DNA of 64,000 nucleotides. Source: Candidatus Gastranaerophilales bacterium (lineage in GTDB: Bacteria; Cyanobacteriota; Vampirovibrionia; Gastranaerophilales; Gastranaerophilaceae). Below, piece by piece: positions 54,486-62,345 of this stretch (position 1 is its first letter; the number at the start of each line of letters is the position of its first letter). Location: contig CALUTJ010000003.1 of NCBI GenBank assembly GCA_944323685.1, forward strand, positions 67,342 to 131,341. Reading direction: 5' to 3'. The notes under the pieces were generated by a model that worked only from the letters and a program-made list of their open reading frames with translations, was not told the origin of the DNA and did no database searches. The translations under genes and the position numbers were made by a program.

Positions 54486-55704
54486 AATTCTTTATCCTTT
54501 TTATTCTCTTTTTTGAAATATTTAATAAAATCCCTACCATACATAAAGAAACAATTAAAGACGTACCGCCGTAGCTTATAAACGGAAGCGGAACACCTGT
54601 TGCTGGGATGAGTGAACTGGATACACTCATGTTAATGAAAGCCTGCAAACCAATGGATAGCGTAATACCGACAGCCAGAAGTTTGCCGTACATATCATTA
54701 GCTCTTGAGGCTATAATAATACCTCTGTGTATAAATGTCCAGAATAAACCGATAATTAAAAAACATCCCAAAAATCCGAGTTCTTCTGCTATGACCGCAA
54801 AAATAAAGTCAGTATGCCCTTCCGGCAGCCACTGGAGTTTTTGTTTTGAGTTCCCGTAGCCGACACCCCAGAATCCGCCTGCTGCAAAAGCAAGTAACGA
54901 TTGAATAATGTTATATCCAGCTCCGTAAGGGTCGGAATTTGGATTAAGCCATATTTGAATACGCTGCATTTGATATCCGTGCAAAAGCTTATGGCCGAAC
55001 ATCATAAAACCGCCTGCAATTGCGCTTATACCTGCCAGACCTATTGCTATCATATATTTAACTGAGCCGGCAATGCTTAAATACATAACACTCGAGGTTA
55101 AAAACAGCAGCACAACCATTGAGAGGTTCGGCTGCTTAAATACAAGAAAGACCATTATTAGAATCGGTATAAAATATCTTGTCCATTTTGTTGAATCAAA
55201 TAAATTTCCGTCGCGGTGAAAGGCATTTGCAAGCAGTAAAATAACGGCCATTTTTGTCATTTCAGAGGGCTGAAACTGTATAGGCCCTAACATAATCCAT
55301 CTTTTTGCGCCGTTAACATATACCCCGAGATTTGTAAAATCAACAAGAGCGAGCATAATTATGACAAACCAGCCAAAAGGCACTGCCCAGTCTTTGAGCC
55401 TTTTGTAATCCAGCTGCATAAAATATTTCAGCCCGAAAAAGCCGACAATGAGATATGCAAACTGTTTAATGGCAAAAGATGCGGGATTTTGTCCCAAATC
55501 CATTGCCTTGGGCGCACCTGCGGAAAATGTAGCCATAATTCCTATTACAACAAGAAATGCTACAACCACCATCAATGTTCTGTCTGCTGAAGAGAGAACA
55601 ACATCGTTCATTGGAGGCATCGGATTGTCATAATCCGTATTATTCATATTTTGTCTATTTTTTCGATAAGGCATACTCTTTAAATACCCTTCCGCGTTCT
55701 TCAT
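54469..55704 (-). CDS. ftsW: SEDS-family peptidoglycan polymerase FtsW
   Basis: 10-TM SEDS profile (…PSEMTKMAVIL…, …HTDFIFAVIAEELG…, …PFISYGGTS…). dcw context. The start is uncertain: the track start overlaps murD by 50 nt, and internal ATGs exist at 55674 and 55647. Confidence 0.85.
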   Translation of the reverse strand: MKNAEGYLKSMPYRKNRQNMNNTDYDNPMPPMNDVVLSSADRTLMVVVAFLVVIGIMATFSAGAPKAMDLGQNPASFAIKQFAYLIVGFFGLKYFMQLDYKRLKDWAVPFGWFVIIMLALVDFTNLGVYVNGAKRWIMLGPIQFQPSEMTKMAVILLLANAFHRDGNLFDSTKWTRYFIPILIMVFLVFKQPNLSMVVLLFLTSSVMYLSIAGSVKYMIAIGLAGISAIAGGFMMFGHKLLHGYQMQRIQIWLNPNSDPYGAGYNIIQSLLAFAAGGFWGVGYGNSKQKLQWLPEGHTDFIFAVIAEELGFLGCFLIIGLFWTFIHRGIIIASRANDMYGKLLAVGITLSIGLQAFINMSVSSSLIPATGVPLPFISYGGTSLIVSLCMVGILLNISKKRIKRIKNYERNY

Positions 55705-57016
55705 AACCTGAGAACATGTCGTAACTTGAACATGCCGGAGATAACAAAATTACCTCATCAGGCAGCTCAAAGGCTTTGTCCACACCGTCTTGAAAACTGC
55801 CTGCTACCATTGTTATATTGTCATATCCGTTTTTGCGCAGTTCAGACTCAAAACGTTCTTTTGCCAGCCCCAGAAGCACAACATGGTTTACATACTTTTT
55901 AACGGTTTCGCAAAACTCTGTTAAATCAGTATTTTTATCAGTTCCGCCGGCAATTAAAGTAACACTTCTGCCGCCGAAAGACTTAAGCGCAACAATTGCA
56001 GCTTCGGGATTGGTTGCTTTAGAATCGTTGTAAACATCTTTACCTTGTATATTGGCAACAAACTCGCATCTGTGTTCGGGTGCTTTAAACTCTTTTATTG
56101 CATCTGTTATTTTTTGAGTTTCGACACCTATAAGTTTTGCACAAATTAAAGAAGCCATAATATTTTGATAATTGTGATTTCCGACAAGAGGAACATCTTT
56201 TATATCAACAATTTTTTCGGCTTCGCCTTTTCCGTTTTTAAAATATATTGCCTCATCTTTTATGTAAGCGCAGTTTTGGTCAAACTCTTTACCGAAGAAG
56301 TATTTTTCTCCGCCGTAATTTTGAGCGAATTCAAAAATCTTTTCGTCTTGTGCATTAAACACTGCAAACCCCGGCATTTTATCCGCGGCAAACAAAGAAG
56401 CTTTAGCTTCAAAATATTTATCCAAACCGCCGTGCCAGTCAATGTGGTCAGGGGTGAACGTCATCCAAACCGCGATTTGAGGACGGAAACTCGGGCTGTA
56501 GGTGAGTTGAAAAGAACTTACCTCGCACACAAAATAATCTGTATCTTTGCTTTTATCAAGAAGCGAGCACGGCGGAATGCCGATATTTCCGCATTTTTCG
56601 GCATGGTATTGTTTGTTTATTATAAAGTTTGTAAGTTCCGTAGTAGTGGTTTTTCCGTTTGTACCGGTGATTGCAATAAAAGGAATCTGGGTTTCAAGAT
56701 AAGCAAGCTCAATTTCGCTTATGACCTGTATGTTTTTTTCTTTCAACTTTTGCATAAGCTCTGATTTTGGCGGAATTCCGGGGCTTGTTACAGCAAGGTA
56801 GACATCTTGCATAAATTCGTCACTGTGCCGGCCGAATTCTGTTTTTATCCCTTCCTCATTAAGCTCTTTTACTGTTTGTGCGTTTTTTTCTTCAAACGGT
56901 TTATTTTCGGTAATAAAACAGTCTGCACCGCGTTCGTTAAGATATTTGGCGGCAGCTATACCGCTTTTGGATAAACCCAAGATTAAAACCTTTTTATCAA
57001 ACCATTTTCTTTTCAT
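55655..57016 (-). CDS. murD: UDP-N-acetylmuramoylalanine--D-glutamate ligase
   Basis: LGLSKSGIAAAKYL Rossmann segment, ITGTNGKTTT P-loop, dcw order. Confidence 0.9.
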   Translation of the reverse strand: MKRKWFDKKVLILGLSKSGIAAAKYLNERGADCFITENKPFEEKNAQTVKELNEEGIKTEFGRHSDEFMQDVYLAVTSPGIPPKSELMQKLKEKNIQVISEIELAYLETQIPFIAITGTNGKTTTTELTNFIINKQYHAEKCGNIGIPPCSLLDKSKDTDYFVCEVSSFQLTYSPSFRPQIAVWMTFTPDHIDWHGGLDKYFEAKASLFAADKMPGFAVFNAQDEKIFEFAQNYGGEKYFFGKEFDQNCAYIKDEAIYFKNGKGEAEKIVDIKDVPLVGNHNYQNIMASLICAKLIGVETQKITDAIKEFKAPEHRCEFVANIQGKDVYNDSKATNPEAAIVALKSFGGRSVTLIAGGTDKNTDLTEFCETVKKYVNHVVLLGLAKERFESELRKNGYDNITMVAGSFQDGVDKAFELPDEVILLSPACSSYDMFSGYEERGRVFKEYALSKK

Positions 57017-57024
57017 TTTTTATC

Positions 57025-57990
57025 CTATCTGTTTAAATACCAGAACAAAACAACGGCCCCGCTGCAGAAAATAAAGTTAACTAGCGTAAAAACTTTCACT
57101 ATTGTAACTTCTTTCCAGCCGCATAGTTCAAAATGATGATGTATGGGGCTCATTTTGAATATTCTTTTACCCGTAAGTTTGTAGCTTGTGACCTGAAGCA
57201 TTACGGACAGGGTTTCTATTAAAAATATTATGCCAATCGGAATGAGCCACAATTCAAACTTGCCCATAACTGCTATTGTGCCTAACACACCGCCTAAAGC
57301 AAGAGAACCCGTATCACCCATAAACACCTTAGCAGGGTGTTTGTTGAAATACAAAAATCCAAGGCAGGCACCTGTTACGGAAGCACAAATGATTGCAATA
57401 TCAATGTTGCCCATAATAAGGTTTATTATAGCCAGAGCAGCAGTTGAAACCACCATATTTGATGCTGCCAGTCCGTCCAAACCGTCTGTAAGATTTACGG
57501 CGTTAGACACACCGGTTATCAGCAGAATCCCGAAAATCGGATAAAAATATCCGAGGTTTAATGTGTATTCTCCGAAGGTTAGAAACGTTCTGCCGCTTAT
57601 TGTTACAAACATAACGGGCAAACAGGCTATGGCTATCTGTAATATAAGTTTTCCCCGTGCACTAAGGCCTTTGTTTGCGTGGTGCTCAAACTTTTGTGAG
57701 TCGTCTTGAAAACCGGCAAACATATAAAAAATAAATGTTATCAAAAGCAAAAACGCGCCCGTGGATGTTTTTTCCGCCATAAACAAAGACACAACCGCCG
57801 CAATAACAGCCGCCGTGACCAGAAACACCCCGCCTGTTGTGGGAGTTCCGCCTTTTTTAGCATGAGATTCCGGAGCTTCTTCTCTTATATACTGACCGAG
57901 CATTTTTTTCTTTAAAAAATCAATATACGGCACGCCCAAAAGCAAAGATAAAACAAATGCGACAAGTGCTGCTACTATTGCTAATATCAT
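57025..57990 (-). CDS. mraY: phospho-N-acetylmuramoyl-pentapeptide transferase
   Basis: KKGGTPTTGG, NAVNLTDGLDGLA, MGDTGSLALGG, PIHHHFE. Confidence 0.95.
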   Translation of the reverse strand: MILAIVAALVAFVLSLLLGVPYIDFLKKKMLGQYIREEAPESHAKKGGTPTTGGVFLVTAAVIAAVVSLFMAEKTSTGAFLLLITFIFYMFAGFQDDSQKFEHHANKGLSARGKLILQIAIACLPVMFVTISGRTFLTFGEYTLNLGYFYPIFGILLITGVSNAVNLTDGLDGLAASNMVVSTAALAIINLIMGNIDIAIICASVTGACLGFLYFNKHPAKVFMGDTGSLALGGVLGTIAVMGKFELWLIPIGIIFLIETLSVMLQVTSYKLTGKRIFKMSPIHHHFELCGWKEVTIVKVFTLVNFIFCSGAVVLFWYLNR

Positions 57991-59312
57991 TGTTTATTTA
58001 ACTCCTTGATTATTTCTTCAAATTTCATTGAGCGTGAAGCTTTAAAAAGTATTGTCGTGCCTTTTTCAATGTTGTTAATGATATATGGCGCAACTTCCCC
58101 GCTATTCGCAAAACTTACGGATTTGTGTTTTGAAGTGTCTGCTATATACTTTGCAAGCTCACCCACCGTAACAAGTTTAACATCATCGTATTGATTTAAA
58201 AACAATCCGATTTGCTCATGGTATTTTTTTTCGTTGTCGCCCAGCTCTTTCATATCACCGAGAACAAGAAGTCTTGGCGGTTTTTGGGTTGACAAAAAAG
58301 TTGAAACGGCAGCTTTTAAAGATTCCGGATTTGAGTTGTAGCTGTCGTTTATAATTTTATAACCGGCAATTTCTTCTACCTGCCACCTGTTTTCTATCGG
58401 GCGGTATTCTTTAAGCCCCTGTGCGATTTTGGCTTCGCTTATACCCAGTTTTAAACCTGCGTTTATTACAAACAATGCGTTTTGTATGTTGTGCAGGCCT
58501 TCTATGTTTAACTCGTAAGGATACCCTTTGTAATTAAAGGCAGAAGAGTTTTCGTTTAATTTTATGTCTTTAAGCTCAGGCGAATTCAGTCCGACGTAAA
58601 CGGTTTTACCCTCAAAATCGTTTACGTCTCTTATCAGTTCTGTATCGTGAGCAAGCAGCAGTCCTTCTTTGTGCAGATATTTTGAAATCTCGCATTTTGC
58701 TTTTGCAATATTTTTTTCCGAACCCAGCCTGCCTATATGAGCTGTTCCTGTGTTGGCAATTATTGCTATATCCGGTTTTGAATACTTTGATAAAAGCTCA
58801 ATCTCGCCCAAACCGCGCATACCCATTTCAAGCACAAGCACTTCTGTATCCTGAGGCATTGACAGAAGCGTCTGGCACAGGCCTATTTCATTATTGTGAT
58901 TTAGCGGTGATTTGTGAGTTTTATATGCCTGTTTTGCAACAGATGCCATCATTTCTTTTGTGGTTGTTTTGCCTGAGCTTCCCGTTATGGCAATTGTAAT
59001 CGGGTTCACCTTTTCTTTATAATACAAAGCAAGTTTTAAATACGCCTCAAGGGTATTCGGGACATACAAAATAAATTTTGCCTGAGGAAATTTTTTGTTT
59101 TTGTCGTTCGTAAAATATCCCCTGACACCCTTGTCTACGGCGTCTTTTATAAAACCGTGCCCGTCAAATTTTTCACCTTTTAAAGGCAGATAAACATTTG
59201 AATCATTAATATTTCGAGAATCCGTTGAAACAGTAAACATGCCTGATGTATTGCTGCATTGCAGCACATCAGCTTCCGTAACTTTAACTAATTCATCATA
59301 TGTAAACTTCAT
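57987..59312 (-). CDS. murF: UDP-MurNAc-tripeptide--D-alanyl-D-alanine ligase
   Basis: STDSRNI..., ITGSSGKTTTKEM, DSYNSNP. 4-nt overlap with mraY. Confidence 0.9.
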   Translation of the reverse strand: MKFTYDELVKVTEADVLQCSNTSGMFTVSTDSRNINDSNVYLPLKGEKFDGHGFIKDAVDKGVRGYFTNDKNKKFPQAKFILYVPNTLEAYLKLALYYKEKVNPITIAITGSSGKTTTKEMMASVAKQAYKTHKSPLNHNNEIGLCQTLLSMPQDTEVLVLEMGMRGLGEIELLSKYSKPDIAIIANTGTAHIGRLGSEKNIAKAKCEISKYLHKEGLLLAHDTELIRDVNDFEGKTVYVGLNSPELKDIKLNENSSAFNYKGYPYELNIEGLHNIQNALFVINAGLKLGISEAKIAQGLKEYRPIENRWQVEEIAGYKIINDSYNSNPESLKAAVSTFLSTQKPPRLLVLGDMKELGDNEKKYHEQIGLFLNQYDDVKLVTVGELAKYIADTSKHKSVSFANSGEVAPYIINNIEKGTTILFKASRSMKFEEIIKELNKQ

Positions 59313-59404
59313 GAACTCACCTTGCCCACACAGGAAACTTCCTGTTTCCGTAAAAAATTTTACTAAAAAATCAGGGCAAATACAATTTGAAATTTTTTAT
59401 AAAA

Positions 59405-59956
59405 CTAAATTTTTTTGTGCAAACTCCCGATAGAAGAATTAACTGTTGAAGAACTGTTTGAGCTGCTGCCTAAAAGCTTGTTTAAAAGGTCATCGCCGTT
59501 GTCTGCTGCTTTTCTGTATGTGTCGGCATAGATACCTGTTCCGATATCTGTTTTGTCCTCGCCTTTTTTAAGCCCCTGCAAACGAAGCTGCCCTGCTTTT
59601 ATAACTTTGTCGAGGGTTGTAAAGTCTATATCAGACATGTTGTAGTGGTTGTATAGTGCAAAGAATTTGATTGACTGGGCTTCTGCAATCATAGCTTCTA
59701 TTGCCGAACGGTTTTTTGTGGCGATATTTGAGATATCGAGGTTAGCCAGCCTCTGGCGCAAAACGTCAGTGTTTTCGTTTTTCAACCGCTGAAAATTTTC
59801 CTGCTCCTGCTGTGCCATACGGATACGGTATTCTTCAGGAGTTTCCGTAACCTTGCGGATATTCCTTGCGCTTTCTAAAGCAGCATCTCGCTGTTTTTGC
59901 ATATCTTTTGAAAACGGCGAGGTAATATACGCATCAATGTTCATTTCGTCAGACAT
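59405..59956 (-). CDS. hypothetical protein
   Basis: 183-aa helical ORF with a Ser-rich tail. No recognisable motif. Confidence 0.4.
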   Translation of the reverse strand: MSDEMNIDAYITSPFSKDMQKQRDAALESARNIRKVTETPEEYRIRMAQQEQENFQRLKNENTDVLRQRLANLDISNIATKNRSAIEAMIAEAQSIKFFALYNHYNMSDIDFTTLDKVIKAGQLRLQGLKKGEDKTDIGTGIYADTYRKAADNGDDLLNKLLGSSSNSSSTVNSSIGSLHKKI

Positions 59957-60031
59957 AATTCACACCCTGAAATTTTTTCTTCCACATTCCACATATTCAT
60001 TATAAACCATGTAAGACAATTTTTTTGCTAG

Positions 60032-60946
60032 TTATTTGGAGGATTTTTGCAAATTTTCAGGCAAATGAATTAAATTGCCGAGTTTTAAATCAAAGTCCTC
60101 CGGAGTAAAAATATGTGTACCTGAGGCGCTTGTAAAGGTCATTTCGCCAAAATATAATTTGTTGTCATTTTCATAAAAGTCAACTCTGACGAAAGGAAAA
60201 TCTTTTGACATAATATTTGCGAATTTGAGCATTTTTTCAAAATTATAAGGTTTAGCACAAGGAGAAAAGTTCTCGTATATGTGATTTTCTGATATTTTTT
60301 CTGGGACTAAATTCCAATTTATATCATATAAATTGCGCTTATGGTGCTTATATCTGTCTTTATCAACCCAGACATATTTAACTTCACCATTAAAACACAG
60401 GAATTTGTAGTCTTTTAAATCACCGTCATCAGCTTCGATATATTCTTCCGCAATGATTAGGGGTTTGATATTTCTATAGTGCGTTTCAAAAGACTTTAGC
60501 GAATAATCGGTGCGCAGCCATTTGTCAAAGTTTTTCTTTGCGGATTTTTTATCAAAACTGTTTTTATCCGTAACAATTATATTCCATGCGCTGCCATGGT
60601 TTGCTTTAAGTACAAACTTGTCAGGCAATTTGTCAAAATCTATATCGTCAAAGTTTTCCCAAACACCGAGAAGCGGGATAAGGTATTCTTCGCCGATTTT
60701 TTCTTTAACCCAATCACGCACAAGGTATTTGTCTGCGAGTTTTGTTTTTAATGGAGTTGAGTCGTACAGTTTAAGCCACTGTATTTTTTCGTTAAAAGTT
60801 TGTGGATTTTCAAGGTCTAACTGCTTACCCGTTTTATGAAAATAAAAATCTTTCAGGTATACGGGATAGCATTTAACAGGTACATATTTAAACAAAAAAG
60901 ATTTAAAAATTAATTTACGCAAAAGAGCACTGACTTCTTGTATCAA
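60032..60946 (-). CDS. TupA-like ATP-grasp protein (polysaccharide/teichuronopeptide-type modification)
   Basis: NPQTFNEKIQWLKLYD...VLKANHGS...DYKFLCFNGE...VDFYENDNKLYFGEMTF matches my memory of the ATPgrasp_TupA family. Confidence 0.7.
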   Translation of the reverse strand: MIQEVSALLRKLIFKSFLFKYVPVKCYPVYLKDFYFHKTGKQLDLENPQTFNEKIQWLKLYDSTPLKTKLADKYLVRDWVKEKIGEEYLIPLLGVWENFDDIDFDKLPDKFVLKANHGSAWNIIVTDKNSFDKKSAKKNFDKWLRTDYSLKSFETHYRNIKPLIIAEEYIEADDGDLKDYKFLCFNGEVKYVWVDKDRYKHHKRNLYDINWNLVPEKISENHIYENFSPCAKPYNFEKMLKFANIMSKDFPFVRVDFYENDNKLYFGEMTFTSASGTHIFTPEDFDLKLGNLIHLPENLQKSSK

Positions 60947-61070
60947 AGATTTCCCCCCCTACTATAAAAATCCTTTATATGACAAAATTTATACAGCTAT
61001 ATTAGCATATATATGTTAAAAATAAAATTATTTGTCCGCATACGGAAATCACCGCCCGCAAAGAATAATT

Positions 61071-61247
61071 TCTAATCTGGTGTCGCAGTTGCCGCCTTGA
61101 GCCTTCGAGCCGTCACTGCTCACCTTTGCCTTCTTTTTCGGCTGAACTGTGGTGAAGCCTGAAAAATGGCTTCACTATGTGAACAATGTGCCACTCCAAA
61201 AATTCGTTCACATCGTTTTGCTCCTTATCACGAATTTTTCTCGGACA
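61071..61247 (-). repeat. 122-nt interspersed repeat, copy D, carrying a 57-nt insertion (61127-61183)
   Basis: The flanks align to copies A-C. The insertion TTGCCTTCTTTTTCGGCTGAACTGTGGTGAAGCCTGAAAAATGGCTTCAC... resembles 2281-2335 of the tandem repeat. Confidence 0.85.
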
Positions 61248-61474
61248 TATTAAGCTGTTATTTTATAGGATATTTTGCAGACCACAAAAATAGTCAGTCA
61301 TGCAGAACTACTCTACGAGTACCCTCCCTTGTAAGCCTCATTATATTCGGTAACAAGAGGAGCTGCAAGTTCAGCGACGACCGGGTGGGGTTGTGAAACC
61401 CACTAAAACATGTCCAAACGTCATCCTTAGAAGTGAGCGAAGCGACCTCATGAGTTTTATAAAAATATTTTACA

Positions 61475-62293
61475 TTAATAAAAACTTACAAATTTATATT
61501 TCTCGGAAGTTATTATCAATTGAGATTTTGTTGCATGCTGATAAAATTTGAAATACTTAATATTATTTGCCTCAAGCTTTTCAAAAATTAATTGAGCGGT
61601 GTTCTTTTCGCCCTGACGTTCTGCGTCATCAAGTATGATAATAAAATTCTGGGATAAATTTTGTGGAATCAATTCAAGAATATTTGTTCTGGGATATGTC
61701 CTATTAAACCCGTAAGGGCCGTCAATTATGATTAAGTCATATTTTTTACCGGCAGTTATATCTTGCAAATTTTTATATCTGTCATTTTGGGCATCATTAA
61801 GCTGAAAATTTTCAAGCTCTCTTTTGATTATGTTTATATTATCCGCAGATGGTAACTCGTCAGACATTGCTTTTATCCACAATTCATCGTGGTCAATAAT
61901 CTGTAATATACAATCAGGATTTTTAAAATGCGCATATTGGGTAGTTAGTTTTGAGGTTTGACCTAATCCGAATTCTAAAATATTGTTTGGTCTGGCTTTA
62001 TCTAAAATAATTAACAAAATATATAATAAAGAATAAGTTGCAGCCCCTTTTGTAGGTATAAACTCTTTGTTTTTTATCCAATCTTTTTGCAAAACTAAAT
62101 TGTTAAAAATCATACCTTTAAAAAGTTCCTCGTTTTGATTTTTTATAGATTTTAGTTCTTTTTGTTTTAAGTTTTCAAAATCATATTCGATTAACTTTTT
62201 AGTGTTAAAAAATTTTATTTTTATTCCACAGATTGTGATAATTTTATGAATATTCTCATTTTTTACAGAAAAGATTGTTTGTAAAAAATTCAT
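61475..62293 (-). CDS. putative class I SAM-dependent methyltransferase-like protein
   Basis: ILEFGLGQTS (motif I-like) and LIIIDGPYG. Sits between glycan-modification genes. Confidence 0.45.
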   Translation of the reverse strand: MNFLQTIFSVKNENIHKIITICGIKIKFFNTKKLIEYDFENLKQKELKSIKNQNEELFKGMIFNNLVLQKDWIKNKEFIPTKGAATYSLLYILLIILDKARPNNILEFGLGQTSKLTTQYAHFKNPDCILQIIDHDELWIKAMSDELPSADNINIIKRELENFQLNDAQNDRYKNLQDITAGKKYDLIIIDGPYGFNRTYPRTNILELIPQNLSQNFIIILDDAERQGEKNTAQLIFEKLEANNIKYFKFYQHATKSQLIITSEKYKFVSFY

Positions 62294-62345
62294 TGTATAG
62301 ACTCCTTATTTATGTGCTTTGAACATTTTTTTATTCTTTTAATGT

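Noticed and set aside
56165-56764. 199-aa plus-strand ORF. Similar long antisense ORFs occur at 51335..51856, 33403..33846, 30415..30834 and 19064..19459.
   Set aside because: Each lies fully inside a well-supported conserved gene on the other strand (murD, the motA-like gene, recF, secF, der). Their composition is low-complexity.
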